A stretch of 64,000 nt of DNA from Fibrobacteria bacterium (GTDB taxonomy: Bacteria > Fibrobacterota > Fibrobacteria > UBA11236): positions 8,687-72,686 of the forward strand of contig JADGQO010000038.1 of assembly GCA_017881725.1 (NCBI GenBank), in the 5' to 3' direction. Below, piece by piece: positions 37,161 to 47,538 of the stretch; positions within the stretch are counted from its first letter, which is position 1, and each line of letters starts with the position of its first letter. The notes under the pieces are model-generated. The model made no database searches. It saw nothing but the letters and a program-made list of their open reading frames with translations, and was not told the DNA's origin. The position numbers were made by a program, and so were the translations under genes.

Positions 37161-39584
37161 ATGAAAAATATCGAAAAGATTACCCGGGACTTCGTCGCGG
37201 AAGGCCGGGAAGGCATGGACCAGTACGAGCAGGATCTGCTGTCGCTGGAAAAAAGTCCTACGGCCCCGGAAACCATTTCCAGCATTTTCAGGGTCGTGCA
37301 CACCGTCAAAGGCGCCTGTGGATTCCTGGGCTTCCGGAAGCTGGAGGCCTTGGCCCACCGGGGTGAAAACCTGCTCAGCGCGTTGCGCGAGGGGACGATG
37401 ATCGCGAACCCGGAAATCATCAACTGCCTGTTCCTGTTGGGCGATTCCATCCGGGCCATTCTCACCTGCATCGAGATGGGAGATCCGGAAGGCGGCAACG
37501 ATTATACCCGGTTCCTGGCCGATATGGACGCCCTGCAATCCGATTGGGTCGGGGCCGCCCCGGGCGGGTCCGCCATGAGCGGGGCCGCCAGGGTCGGGGC
37601 CATACCCGCCGAGAGTCCGGCCATTCCTGCCGAAGGTGAAGGGAGCTCCCCGGCCGCGCTTAACGAGGCTGCGGAAATTTCCTCGGTCCCGCCCTTGGCG
37701 GACATGCCCCTGGCGGTCGCGCCCGTGGTGCCCGCACCCATGGAAACCGCGCCAACGGAAGCGCAAACCGATGTAACCTCTGTGTTACTTGCTCCGGCCG
37801 CCGATCCCGATCCCGCGCCCGCTCCGAAGGATCCTCCGCAGGAGGTTCGGGCCCTGCACGACCAAACCATCCGCGTCGACGTCCCGCTGCTGGACAAGAT
37901 CATGAACCTGGTGGGCGAGTTGGTGCTGGTCCGCAACCAGGTGCTGCAACATGCGCTCACGGCGGGCAACGGCCCCATGACGGTGACCTTCCAGCATCTG
38001 AGCACCATCACCACGGAGCTGCAGGAAGGCGTGATGAAAACCCGCATGCAGCCGATCAAGAACCTGTGGGGAAAATTCCCGCGCGTGGTCCGGGAGCTGG
38101 CGCTGGCCTGCGGAAAATCCGTCCGCCTGGAAATGGAAGGCGGCGATACGGAGTTGGACAAAACCATTCTGGAGGCCATCAAGGATCCCCTGACCCATCT
38201 ATTGCGCAACGCCGTTGACCACGGGATTGAAACGGCGGAAACGCGCGTCGCCAAAGGCAAGCCCGCGGAAGGCCGCATCCTGGTGAAAGCTTTCCATATC
38301 GGCGGCAAGGTGAATATCGAAATGTCCGACGACGGCATGGGCATCGATTGCAAAAAAATCGCCAAGAAGGCCTTGGAGAAAGGCCTCATCTCGGCCGGGT
38401 CCGTGGCGGCCATGCAGGAAAGGGAATTGGCGCAATTGATTTTCCTGCCGGGCTTTTCCACGGCGGAAGCCATCACCAACGTTTCCGGCCGCGGCGTGGG
38501 CATGGACGTGGTCAAAACCCATGTGGAAAAAATCGGCGGCTCGGTGGAGCTGGTCAACCGGCCGGGCCTGGGGTTGACGCTGAAGATCAAAATCCCTTTG
38601 ACCCTGGCCATCATCCCCGCCCTGATCGTGGAGTCCTCGCAGCGCCGCTATGCCATCCCGCAGGTGAACATCCTGGAAGTGGTCCGGTTGAAGGGCCAAG
38701 GCCCGGGGAAAGGCGTGGAATGGATCCAGGACAATCCGGTTTACCGTTTGCGCGGAAACCTGCTGCCCCTGGTCCGCTTGGAAGGCTTGTTCCAGGCGGC
38801 CGAGGGACAAACTTCGTCCGCGCCCGAATCCGCGATCCAAGAGAACTTCGTCATCGTCCTGCAATCGGACAGCCATAATTTCGGACTCCTGATCCACGCC
38901 GTCCAGGAGACGCAGGAAATCGTGGTGAAGCCGTTGGGCAAGCATCTCAAGTCGGTCAACTTGTTCGCCGGCGCCACCATCATGGGAGACGGCAAGGTGG
39001 CGTTGATCCTGGACGTGCCGGGGTTGGCGCAAAACGTGAACTTCGCCCGCGATCCTGTCGCGCGCGACTCACGATTGCTCGAAAACCCCGACAAGCAAGG
39101 CCGGAACGCGGGCCTTGGCGAAAATCCGGTTCCAACGGAAAGCCTTTTGATCGCTTTGATCAACGGGTATGGGCCGATTGCCGTTCCCTTAGCCAGCCTT
39201 TCCCGGCTGGAAGAGTTGCCGACCTCGGCCATCGAATTCGCCTCGGGGACCGAAGTGGCGCAAAGCCGCGGAAGGATCATGCCGCTCATCAGGCTGAGCC
39301 GGTTCCTGGACGGCCTATCGGAAGCGCATTCCAAATCGGAGCATCCCGTCTCGGAAAAAGTGACCGTCATCGTATTCGGAAAAGGGGATTTGACGGCCGG
39401 GTTCATGGTGGATAAAGTGCTGGACATGGTCGATGCCAAGCTGGACATGCATTTGCCCGCTTCGCGGCCCGGCGTACGCGGATCCACGCTCATCAAAGGC
39501 AAAGCCACGGAAGTGATCGACCTCTCCACCTTCGCGCGTCTGGCGCTCCCGGCCTTGTTCGGCGCACCGGATCGGGACGGCTGA
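37161..39584 (+). CDS. cheA: Chemotaxis histidine kinase CheA
   Basis: Hpt (FRVVHTVKGACGFLGF), dimerisation domain, HATPase_c (DDGMGID, GRGVGMDVV), and two C-terminal CheW-like domains. Confidence 0.9.
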   Translation: MKNIEKITRDFVAEGREGMDQYEQDLLSLEKSPTAPETISSIFRVVHTVKGACGFLGFRKLEALAHRGENLLSALREGTMIANPEIINCLFLLGDSIRAILTCIEMGDPEGGNDYTRFLADMDALQSDWVGAAPGGSAMSGAARVGAIPAESPAIPAEGEGSSPAALNEAAEISSVPPLADMPLAVAPVVPAPMETAPTEAQTDVTSVLLAPAADPDPAPAPKDPPQEVRALHDQTIRVDVPLLDKIMNLVGELVLVRNQVLQHALTAGNGPMTVTFQHLSTITTELQEGVMKTRMQPIKNLWGKFPRVVRELALACGKSVRLEMEGGDTELDKTILEAIKDPLTHLLRNAVDHGIETAETRVAKGKPAEGRILVKAFHIGGKVNIEMSDDGMGIDCKKIAKKALEKGLISAGSVAAMQERELAQLIFLPGFSTAEAITNVSGRGVGMDVVKTHVEKIGGSVELVNRPGLGLTLKIKIPLTLAIIPALIVESSQRRYAIPQVNILEVVRLKGQGPGKGVEWIQDNPVYRLRGNLLPLVRLEGLFQAAEGQTSSAPESAIQENFVIVLQSDSHNFGLLIHAVQETQEIVVKPLGKHLKSVNLFAGATIMGDGKVALILDVPGLAQNVNFARDPVARDSRLLENPDKQGRNAGLGENPVPTESLLIALINGYGPIAVPLASLSRLEELPTSAIEFASGTEVAQSRGRIMPLIRLSRFLDGLSEAHSKSEHPVSEKVTVIVFGKGDLTAGFMVDKVLDMVDAKLDMHLPASRPGVRGSTLIKGKATEVIDLSTFARLALPALFGAPDRDG

Positions 39585-39585
39585 C

Positions 39586-40041
39586 ATGGCCCAGTATTGC
39601 ACTTTTTATCTGGATCGCCGCATCTTCGGATTGGACATCCTGCAAATCCAGGAGATCATCCATATCCCGGAAATCACTCCGGTTCCCAACTCGCCGTTTT
39701 TCGTGCAAGGGTTGGCCAACCTGCGTGGCCAAATCGTGGTGACGATCAATCTCCGGAATATTTTTGGATTGAAGCCCGCGCCCGACTCGGTGAACCCCGT
39801 GCATATCATCGTGCCGTTTGAGGGGGAAGCCCTGAGCCTCATCGCGGACCGGGCCGGGGACGTGCAGGACTTCGGCGAAGCGCCCATGGTGCCGCCGCCC
39901 AAAGCGTTTTCCGGGCCGGGATCGGAATTGATCAAAGGCATTTTCGAACTCAAGGATTCGCTGCTCCACATCATCGACCCGGAGCCCATTTTCGCGAATC
40001 GATTCGCATCGGAACCCAAGTTAACCCGGTCCATCCCTTAG
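39586..40041 (+). CDS. cheW: Chemotaxis coupling protein CheW
   Basis: [43 protein letters not shown]. Confidence 0.9.
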   Translation: MAQYCTFYLDRRIFGLDILQIQEIIHIPEITPVPNSPFFVQGLANLRGQIVVTINLRNIFGLKPAPDSVNPVHIIVPFEGEALSLIADRAGDVQDFGEAPMVPPPKAFSGPGSELIKGIFELKDSLLHIIDPEPIFANRFASEPKLTRSIP

Positions 40042-40049
40042 GAGCCATC

Positions 40050-41528
40050 ATGTCCAACGAAATCAAACGCAGCTCGAACGGCTTCCTGGCCAGGTTCAGC
40101 GATTCCAGGATCCACGTCAAACTCTTGACCTTGGTGATCCTGTTCCTCACCGCCTTCCTGGTATTCGCCGGACTGGCGTGGAACACCATCCGCATCGTGC
40201 AAATCCGCGGGCCGTATTACAACAACATCGTCCAAAGCAAGGACCTGATCGCGGACATCCTGCCGCCTCCGGAATATCTCATCGAAGCCTACCTGAACGT
40301 GCTGCAAATGGCCGACGAGACCGACAAGCAGAAGCTGACCGACCTGATCCAAAAAGGGAAATCCCTGCGCACGGACTATGAGACCCGGAAGGACTTCTGG
40401 CAGAACGATTTGAGCGACGGCAAGATCAAAAACACTTTGCTCGTCGACTCCTACCAACCGGGCATGGCTTTCCTGGATAAGCGCGACAAGGAATTCATCC
40501 CCCTGCTGCTGCAAGGCGATCGCGCCGGGGCGCAAAAACTGGCGCATGGATTCCTCAAGGAGAAATATGAACAGCATCGGCTGGCCATCGACAAGGTGGT
40601 GTCGCTTTCCAATGACAAATACCAGGCTGACGAAGGCGCGGCCAACGCCATCCTGCATAGCCGCACCTTCCTGATGTTCGGTTTCGCGGCGGGCATCGTG
40701 ATCTTCGTATCGCTGCTGTGCTGGTACATCATCAAGCTGATCACCGGAACGCTTTCGCAAATCTCCATGGGGCTGGAGGCGGCTTCCAAGCAGCTGACCA
40801 ATGTCAGCCAGCAAATGAGCACCAATGCGGAGGAGACCTCTTCCCAGGCCACGTTGGTGAGTTCGACGTCCCAGCAGGTGAATCAAAGCGTGCAAACCGT
40901 GGCGGTGGGCACGGAAGAGATGACGGCCAGCATCCGGGAAATATCCAAGAGCACGTCGGAATCCGTGCGCGTAGCGGACTCGGCCGTCCGGATGGCGGAG
41001 ATCACCAACGCCAACGTCACCAAGCTGGGGGACAGCAGCGAGGAAATCGGGAACATCATCAAGCTCATCACGTCCATCGCGGAACAGACCAACCTCCTGG
41101 CCCTGAACGCCGCCATCGAAGCGGCCCGCGCGGGGGAAGCGGGCAAGGGATTCGCCGTGGTCGCGAACGAAGTCAAGGAACTGGCGCGGGAGACCGCCAA
41201 GGCCACGGAGGACATCAGCAAGAAAATCGTGGCCATCCAGAACAATACCCAAGGGGCCATCTTGTCCATCACCCAGATTGGGAACATCATCAAGCAGATC
41301 AGCGAAATCCAGAACACCATCGCCAGCGCGGTGGAGGAACAGACCGTGACCACCAATGAAATCGCCAAGAATATTTCCGAGGCCGCGCGCGGCAGCGGTG
41401 AAATCGCCAGGAATATTTCCGGCGTGGCCGACGCGGCCCACAGCACGGCCAACGGCGCGGTGCAAACTCAAAAAGCCTCGGAAGAGTTGGCCAAGATGCT
41501 GGCGGATTTACAGCACGTGGTGGGCTAA
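40050..41528 (+). CDS. Methyl-accepting chemotaxis protein (two TMs, periplasmic helical sensor, no obvious HAMP)
   Basis: Conserved MCP signalling hairpin ([31 protein letters not shown]) and flanking methylation heptads. Confidence 0.85.
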   Translation: MSNEIKRSSNGFLARFSDSRIHVKLLTLVILFLTAFLVFAGLAWNTIRIVQIRGPYYNNIVQSKDLIADILPPPEYLIEAYLNVLQMADETDKQKLTDLIQKGKSLRTDYETRKDFWQNDLSDGKIKNTLLVDSYQPGMAFLDKRDKEFIPLLLQGDRAGAQKLAHGFLKEKYEQHRLAIDKVVSLSNDKYQADEGAANAILHSRTFLMFGFAAGIVIFVSLLCWYIIKLITGTLSQISMGLEAASKQLTNVSQQMSTNAEETSSQATLVSSTSQQVNQSVQTVAVGTEEMTASIREISKSTSESVRVADSAVRMAEITNANVTKLGDSSEEIGNIIKLITSIAEQTNLLALNAAIEAARAGEAGKGFAVVANEVKELARETAKATEDISKKIVAIQNNTQGAILSITQIGNIIKQISEIQNTIASAVEEQTVTTNEIAKNISEAARGSGEIARNISGVADAAHSTANGAVQTQKASEELAKMLADLQHVVG

Positions 41529-41533
41529 CCGCC

Positions 41534-42628
41534 TTGCCCAGCAGGATTAAGGTCCTCATCGTCGACGACTCCCTGTTGGCGTGCCGGATTTTATCGGAAA
41601 CCGTTTCCCAGGACCCCGCCTTGGAAGTCTCCGGGACGGCGGTGTCCGGCCCCATCGCCCTGGCCAAACTGACGCAAGGCCTTCCCGATATCGTCATGCT
41701 GGATGTGGAAATGCCCGGCATGGACGGCCTGCAAGTCCTGGGGGAGATCAAGAAGGCCTACCCCAAACTGCCGGTAATCATGTGCAGCGGGCTGACCAAG
41801 CTGGGCAACCGCGTGACCATGCAGGCGCTGATGGGAGGCGCGTCCGACTACATCACCAAGCCCGAAGGTAACATGAAAGTTACGGGGGATGGCCACGCCT
41901 TTTCCCGGGAGTTGTCCCAGAAAATCAAGGCCTTGTGCGCGCCCCACTCCCCGCCCTGGACGCCGGTGGTAATGGATCCGGCGCCGGCGCCGCACCCGGG
42001 GGCGGCGGATCCCGACATATTGGCCATCGGCATTTCCACGGGCGGGCCCAACGCCCTGGCGGAATTCATCCCCCGGCTCCCGGCGGATTTTCCCGCGCCC
42101 ATCGTCATCGTGCAGCACATGCCGCCGCTGTTCACCAAGTCCTTGGCGGAATCCCTTTCCAAGAAATCGCTTATCGAAGTGCGCGAAGGCGTGGCGGGGG
42201 CGCGTCTGGAGCGGGGCACAATCTGGATCGCTCCCGGCGGATTCCACATGGAGGCGTTACGGCGAAAGGGCCAGGTGGAGATTGCCATCAGCGAAGGCCC
42301 GCCGGTGAACTCCTGCCGGCCTTCCGTGGATATCCTGTTCCAATCCGTGGCGGAAGCCTACGGCCCCAAGGTGTTGGCCGCGGTGCTCACGGGCATGGGC
42401 GCGGACGGGCTGACGGGATGCTCCCGGATCCGGAAAGCGGGCGGCCGGGTGTTCGTGCAGGACGAGGCCAGCAGCGTGGTCTGGGGCATGCCGGGAGCGG
42501 TGGCGAAAGCCGGCTTGGCGAACAAGGTCCTGCCGCTGAACGATATGGCGGCGGAAATCATTTCCTGTTTTTATAATCGGGAAAAAAACCAACCGGCTCC
42601 GGACTTCCGGACCCGCAAAAGCGATTGA
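41534..42628 (+). CDS. cheB: Chemotaxis methylesterase CheB (REC + CheB_methylest); TTG start
   Basis: IKVLIVDDS ... IVMLDVEMPGMDG ... ILAIGISTGGPNAL ... HMPPLFT ... GMGADG. Confidence 0.9.
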   Translation: MPSRIKVLIVDDSLLACRILSETVSQDPALEVSGTAVSGPIALAKLTQGLPDIVMLDVEMPGMDGLQVLGEIKKAYPKLPVIMCSGLTKLGNRVTMQALMGGASDYITKPEGNMKVTGDGHAFSRELSQKIKALCAPHSPPWTPVVMDPAPAPHPGAADPDILAIGISTGGPNALAEFIPRLPADFPAPIVIVQHMPPLFTKSLAESLSKKSLIEVREGVAGARLERGTIWIAPGGFHMEALRRKGQVEIAISEGPPVNSCRPSVDILFQSVAEAYGPKVLAAVLTGMGADGLTGCSRIRKAGGRVFVQDEASSVVWGMPGAVAKAGLANKVLPLNDMAAEIISCFYNREKNQPAPDFRTRKSD

Positions 42629-42641
42629 GGCGATCAACACC

Positions 42642-43463
42642 ATGGCTGTAAGTGAGTTCGATTTCCAATTCGTTTCCGTCCTCCTTAAAAAACGGCTCGG
42701 CATCCAATTGGAGAAGGACAAGGCCTATCTGGTGGAGTCCCGGTTGAGCCGCGTCGCGGAAAAATCGGGCATGGGATCGCTGGCCCAACTCTTCACCCAG
42801 CTCAAGTCGCTGCGGCCGCCCGAAGCCTTGGTCAACGAGGTGTTGGAGGCCATGACCACCAACGAGACCTATTTCTTCCGCGACTCGAGCAGCTTCGACG
42901 CGCTCAGGGACAAGGTATTTCCGGAATTGTTGGGAAAGAATAAAAACCAGAAGTCGCTCAACGTCTGGTCGGCGGCCTGTTCGACGGGACAGGAGCCCTA
43001 CAGCATCGCGATCACCTTGAGGGAGTGCCTTCCGCAGCAGGGCGATTGGAACATCCGCATCCTGGGCACCGACGTGGCGACGCAGGTATTGCAGCGGGCC
43101 CGCGACGGAGTTTACAACGGCGCGGAAACCGCCCGGGGCCTGACGCCGGGCCAATTGAGCCGGTATCTGGTTCCGGAGGGGGAAACCTGGAAGATACGTG
43201 ACGAAATCCGGAAAATGGTTTCCTTCCAACCGTTGAACCTGAATTCCGACTGGCCCTACCTGGCCAAAATGGACGTCATCTTCCTGCGCAATGTCCTGAT
43301 CTACATGGACGACGCCAACCGGAAAGCGATTTTCTCCCGCATCCATCAGCTCTTGAACAAGGACGGCTATTTGTTCCTGGGCGCGGCGGAAACCACCTAC
43401 AGCATTTCCGATCTGTTCCGCAGGGTGGAATGGGAAAAGGCCGGTTGTTTTAGACCCTTGTGA
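42642..43463 (+). CDS. cheR: Chemotaxis methyltransferase CheR
   Basis: TNETYFFRD, VWSAACSTGQEPYSIAI, IFLRNVLIYMD. Confidence 0.9.
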   Translation: MAVSEFDFQFVSVLLKKRLGIQLEKDKAYLVESRLSRVAEKSGMGSLAQLFTQLKSLRPPEALVNEVLEAMTTNETYFFRDSSSFDALRDKVFPELLGKNKNQKSLNVWSAACSTGQEPYSIAITLRECLPQQGDWNIRILGTDVATQVLQRARDGVYNGAETARGLTPGQLSRYLVPEGETWKIRDEIRKMVSFQPLNLNSDWPYLAKMDVIFLRNVLIYMDDANRKAIFSRIHQLLNKDGYLFLGAAETTYSISDLFRRVEWEKAGCFRPL

Positions 43464-43651
43464 AATCGGGTCCTTGTAAAACCGGGTTTGCCGGGCTGAA
43501 ATCGCGGACGGTTCGGCCCTTTTAGGGTTTTCAGGCCCGCACCTTCAAGGGGCGATGACAATCTCGCGCAAATGGACGGCGGACCACCTCACCTTCTCTG
43601 CCATAATGTCGCCGGAAACAACCGGCCGTCCGCTCCTCCATTAAATATAAT

Positions 43652-43667
43652 ATTAGCATATGCTAAT
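43652..43667. promoter_or_regulatory. Perfect 16-bp palindrome ATTAGCATATGCTAAT overlapping the predicted -10 region of the sqr-like gene; candidate operator
   Basis: ATTAGCAT/ATGCTAAT is exactly self-complementary. It sits 31 nt upstream of the ATG at 43699 (Shine-Dalgarno AAGGAGGG). Flanking TTAAAT and TAATGT read as -35/-10. Confidence 0.55.
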
Positions 43668-43698
43668 GTAGAGATTGAAAAGAGCAAGGAGGGCCGGC

Positions 43699-44910
43699 AT
43701 GGCAAAGACATTGGTGCTGGGCGGAAATTTCGCGGGATTGACGGCGGCTTTGGAACTATCGCGGCGCTTGGGACGGCGCACGGATCATCAGGTGACGGTG
43801 ATATCCCCGTCGGAACGCTTTCTCTACGTCCCATCCTTGATTTGGCTTCCCTTCGGCAAGCGCAAGCTGGAGGACATCACTTTTCCGGTGGCTCCCATGC
43901 TGGCGCGTAAAGGCGTGGCCTTCATCCGGGACCGGGCCGAAAGAATAGTGCCGGAGCGGAACGTGGTGCTTACGGCGGAGGGCGGTGAGATCGGATACGA
44001 TTACCTGATCGTCGCCACGGGCGCGGCCATGGATTTCGGGGGCTTCCCGGGATTTTCCGAGGGGCATGCCCAATGCATCGTGAGCCCGGATCAAGGCGCG
44101 AAGGCTTATCGGGCCTTCCAGGAGTTGGTGCGGAATCCCGGACCCGTGGTGGTCGGGGCCGTGCAAGGCGCGAGCTGCATGGGCGCGGCTTACGAGTACC
44201 TGTTCAATCTCGAGCGCGAGCTGCGTCGCCACGGCGTGCGCAAGCAGGTGGATCTCACTTGGATCACCCCGGAACCCTATCTGGGTCATTTTGGAATCGG
44301 CGGAATCCGCGGCGGTCAATGGATGCTGGAAAAGTTCTTCAAGCTGTACGGTATCCATTGGCATGTCAACGCGTCGCTCAAGGAAATCTCCGCCGATAAG
44401 ATTGTGCTGGACGACGGGCGGGCGCTGCCCTACCGCATGTCCATGTTGATGCCGCCTTTCCGCGGCGCCGATCCCGTGCGCAATTCCTCCGGCCTGGGTG
44501 ATGAGAAAGGGTTCATTCCCTGCGACGACGGTTATCGGCATGATCGTTTCGCCAACATCTATGCCGCCGGGCTCGCGGTGCAGGTCAAGCCTCCCTTCGC
44601 GAAATGCGCCGTTCCCTTCGGCGTGCCTAAGACGGGATACCCCAGCGACGTGCAGGGCAAAATCGTGGCCCAGAACATCGCCAACGCCATCACCGGAAAA
44701 TCGGAACGCAAGCGCAAGGCTTTTGGAAGGATTCCGGGCGTGTGCGTGATGGATGCGGGAGGCAAGGAGGTGTTGATCCTGACCGATCATTTGTTCAAGC
44801 CCCGCCGCTTCGAGCTCATGCTACCTAATATGTTGGGCAGCTTCGGCAAGCTGTTTTTGGAACGTTACATGCTCTTCAAGAACCGGCTGGGATGGGCTTT
44901 CCTGCCTTAA
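43699..44910 (+). CDS. sqr: FAD-dependent sulfide:quinone oxidoreductase-like flavoprotein (Sqr/FCSD family)
   Basis: MAKTLVLGGNFAGLTAA (dinucleotide-binding motif), central DYLIVATGA, and a conserved Cys region typical of SQR-like enzymes. Strong Shine-Dalgarno site. Confidence 0.65.
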   Translation: MAKTLVLGGNFAGLTAALELSRRLGRRTDHQVTVISPSERFLYVPSLIWLPFGKRKLEDITFPVAPMLARKGVAFIRDRAERIVPERNVVLTAEGGEIGYDYLIVATGAAMDFGGFPGFSEGHAQCIVSPDQGAKAYRAFQELVRNPGPVVVGAVQGASCMGAAYEYLFNLERELRRHGVRKQVDLTWITPEPYLGHFGIGGIRGGQWMLEKFFKLYGIHWHVNASLKEISADKIVLDDGRALPYRMSMLMPPFRGADPVRNSSGLGDEKGFIPCDDGYRHDRFANIYAAGLAVQVKPPFAKCAVPFGVPKTGYPSDVQGKIVAQNIANAITGKSERKRKAFGRIPGVCVMDAGGKEVLILTDHLFKPRRFELMLPNMLGSFGKLFLERYMLFKNRLGWAFLP

Positions 44911-44926
44911 TGGATTGGGAATCGGC

Positions 44927-45226
44927 TCAGCAGTAAATCTGCTGCAGGGCGACCACCAGGTTCAGCATGCGCTTGTCCTTGACCCGATAGAATACCTGGT
45001 TACCGGCCTTGCGCGTTTCCAGGATGCCTTTGTCGCGTAGCTTGGCCAGATGCTGGGAGACGTTGCTCTGCGAGGTTTGCAGGAACGTCTCCAATTCACC
45101 GACCGTTTTCTCCCCCGATCCGATATGGCAAACCGTAAGCAAGCGCATTTCATGGGCCAGGGCCTTGAGCGTCGCGCTGGCCTTGGCGGCTTCTTTAATC
45201 AGTGGATTTAAGCGCGGAGTTTTCAT
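44927..45226 (-). CDS. ArsR/SmtB-family regulator of the BigR/SqrR (persulfide-sensing) type
   Basis: wHTH (LKALAHEMRLLTVCHIGSGEKTVGELETFLQTSQSNVSQHLAKLRDKGILE). Only two Cys residues: Cys33 in helix alpha-2 and the C-terminal residue (..QQIYC), which is the BigR/SqrR pattern rather than the alpha-3 metal site. Its ATG overlaps the upstream UbiA-like stop as ATGA. Confidence 0.6.
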   Translation of the reverse strand: MKTPRLNPLIKEAAKASATLKALAHEMRLLTVCHIGSGEKTVGELETFLQTSQSNVSQHLAKLRDKGILETRKAGNQVFYRVKDKRMLNLVVALQQIYC

Positions 45227-46143
45227 GTGCTGTAAAACCATTTGCCCACGGCGTACGCGGGCAAAACCCACAGGGCGCCGCACAGGGCCTGCACCGGCGG
45301 CACTTGGTTGGCCAGCATGGCCAGTACGTCCACGAGCGGCACCAGGCGCAGCATCATGCCCACCATTTGCCCGGTATGTTTGGGACTGGGATCGGACGCC
45401 AGATTGCGCAACGGCACGCGCAGCAATATGGCCAAGCCCAACCAGGCCAAGGCCAGCAGGTTTCCTGCATGGAACCAGGCGAGCGCGGCCACGGACCATC
45501 CGATGAACCAAACGGCGGTTCCCAGCATGAAAAGGTAGGCGCGTTTTTTAGTGTTGCCGCCCACTTCGTCGCGGGCCAAATAGGTGACGATCGCGATATA
45601 GCCCCACAGTGAAAACAAGGCGAACCACAGGGGTTTCGGCAACGACTCCGGCGCGGGCCAGGCATTCCAAGCCAGCGAGATGCCCGTGGCCAGATTGAGC
45701 ATACGGCAAAGGCCCATGGCCGCGGGACCTAAGGCCGTGCCTTTGAGCAGGAAGTTATAGGCGAAGATGGCCAGGCACAGCGCCCCAGCGGGCAGCGATG
45801 ACAGGGGGTGCAGGACGCTCAGCAAAATCAGGCCCGCGGACATCATGCCCAGGCTCAGGGCCCACGCGCCTCGCAGGGTAATGGCCCCGGAGGGGATGGG
45901 CCGCCCCGGCCGCTCGCGCGCGTCCACGTCCTTATCGGCAACGTCGTTGAGCGCCATGCCCGCCATGATGAACAAACCCGCCGCCAGGATACCGGCTATG
46001 GGAGCGATAGGCGCGGCGGCGGCAGAAAACGTCGGAAGGTTCCCGGAGGCGGCGCAGCCGATCATATAACCGGCGTAGGCGTTGGACATGGAGCTGAACA
46101 CGGTCGGGATGCGGACCAGGGAGAGAAATGCTTTGCCGTTCAC
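45223..46143 (-). CDS. UbiA-family aromatic prenyltransferase (EboC-like)
   Basis: NDVADKDVDARERPGRPIPSG (first Asp-rich motif); 8-9 TMs. Confidence 0.8.
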   Translation of the reverse strand: MNGKAFLSLVRIPTVFSSMSNAYAGYMIGCAASGNLPTFSAAAAPIAPIAGILAAGLFIMAGMALNDVADKDVDARERPGRPIPSGAITLRGAWALSLGMMSAGLILLSVLHPLSSLPAGALCLAIFAYNFLLKGTALGPAAMGLCRMLNLATGISLAWNAWPAPESLPKPLWFALFSLWGYIAIVTYLARDEVGGNTKKRAYLFMLGTAVWFIGWSVAALAWFHAGNLLALAWLGLAILLRVPLRNLASDPSPKHTGQMVGMMLRLVPLVDVLAMLANQVPPVQALCGALWVLPAYAVGKWFYST

Positions 46144-46146
46144 GGA

Positions 46147-47538
46147 TTATCCTTCCAGCACATGGGCTTCGATGAGATCATGGACGGCTTCCATGGGTAA
46201 CTTTCCGGTTACGGCAGCCAGGCGTTCCCGGATTCCGGACGCGTCGGAAATCGCCAGCGGGGATTCCTCGGGATTTTCGGACGGCGTTCCGTGGCTGCCT
46301 TTCACCAATTCCGGCATCAGGGGTATCACGTCCATGTAATAACGGAAGCCCAGGATTTTCTTGAGCAAGGTGAAAGCCATTTTCAGTTTGACGGCTTTCT
46401 GTTTGGGATCGAGGAACAATTCCACGGGGTCATAGCCGGGCTTGCGATGGATGTCCACGCAGCGCGCGAAATCCGGCGCCAGGGCGTCATCGTCCCAATA
46501 ATAATAGGTGTACCAATTGTCCGGTTGCGCCATCAGGATAAGGTCCCCGCTGCGCTCATGCTTCAGGCCCGCCTTTTCAATGGCATCGCCGACAAGCACA
46601 GCGCGGGTTCCCGGCTCTTTGGCAAACAACGCCGCGACTTCGGGTACGCGTTTTTTGTCCTTCACATAGACATGGCAAATCTGGTGATCGGAAACGGCGA
46701 AAGCCGCGCTGGCCCCGGCGTCGAGCATTTCCCAGGTCAGGCTGCGGCGGATTTCCAAAAAGCCCGCCCGGCGCAAAATGCGGTTGGGGTGGGCGAAGCG
46801 GGTCACGCGCGAGATACCGTATTCCGAAACCACCAGCACGCGAACTTTTTTCCCCTGGAAATATTCGATCAAATCCCCGGCCACGCGATCGATGGCGGCG
46901 AGTTCGCCCTCCATTTCCGGCGCGCCCGGACCGAACTTTTGTAATCCATAATCCAGGTGGGGCAAATACACGAGGCTCAAGGTGGGCTTATGTTTTGCGT
47001 AAGTCCATTTCGCCGAGGCCGCGATCCATTCGGAGGATTTGATGCCGCTGGCCGGTCCCCAGAATTGGAAGAAGGGGAAAGGCCCCAAGTCCTTCACCAA
47101 ATCGTCGCGCAGCGATTGCGGATGCGTATACACGTCGAATATTTTCCGGCCGTCGGCGGGATATTGCGGACGCGGCGTCACGCTCCAATCCACGTCCGCG
47201 TACATGTTGTACCACCAAAACAACTTGGCGCACGTGAATCCCGGCTGTTCGCGCTTCAGTTTCTCGTAAACCTTCTCGCCCTGGATCAAGCCGTTGTTCT
47301 GCTTCCAGAAACCCACCTCGGCATGATCCTTGAAGTACCACCCGTTGCCCACCACGCCGTTCTCGCCCGGCCGCTTTCCGGTCAACATCACCGCCTGGCT
47401 TGTGCAGGTCACGGCCGGGAAGGGCTCGCGCAAGGGCGCGGATCCGTTCGCGTCCAGGAATTTTTTCAGCCGGGGCGTATGCGGCCCGATCAAGGATCGC
47501 GTCAGCCCCACGATGTTCAGGACCACGGTATCATGCAT
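46147..47538 (-). CDS. Alkaline-phosphatase-superfamily nucleotide pyrophosphatase/phosphodiesterase-type protein (EboF-like)
   Basis: FPAVTCTSQAVMLTGKRPGENGVVGNGWY (Thr-nucleophile region) plus distal metal-binding His/Asp blocks. Its start overlaps the upstream gene's stop by 8 nt. Confidence 0.8.
   Translation of the reverse strand: MHDTVVLNIVGLTRSLIGPHTPRLKKFLDANGSAPLREPFPAVTCTSQAVMLTGKRPGENGVVGNGWYFKDHAEVGFWKQNNGLIQGEKVYEKLKREQPGFTCAKLFWWYNMYADVDWSVTPRPQYPADGRKIFDVYTHPQSLRDDLVKDLGPFPFFQFWGPASGIKSSEWIAASAKWTYAKHKPTLSLVYLPHLDYGLQKFGPGAPEMEGELAAIDRVAGDLIEYFQGKKVRVLVVSEYGISRVTRFAHPNRILRRAGFLEIRRSLTWEMLDAGASAAFAVSDHQICHVYVKDKKRVPEVAALFAKEPGTRAVLVGDAIEKAGLKHERSGDLILMAQPDNWYTYYYWDDDALAPDFARCVDIHRKPGYDPVELFLDPKQKAVKLKMAFTLLKKILGFRYYMDVIPLMPELVKGSHGTPSENPEESPLAISDASGIRERLAAVTGKLPMEAVHDLIEAHVLEG

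Noticed and set aside
43470-43560. Candidate terminator hairpins after cheR (ccgggtttgccgg; ggccc...ggccc)
   Set aside because: The stems are 4 bp or are direct rather than inverted repeats, and there is no U-tract. They are not convincing terminators.
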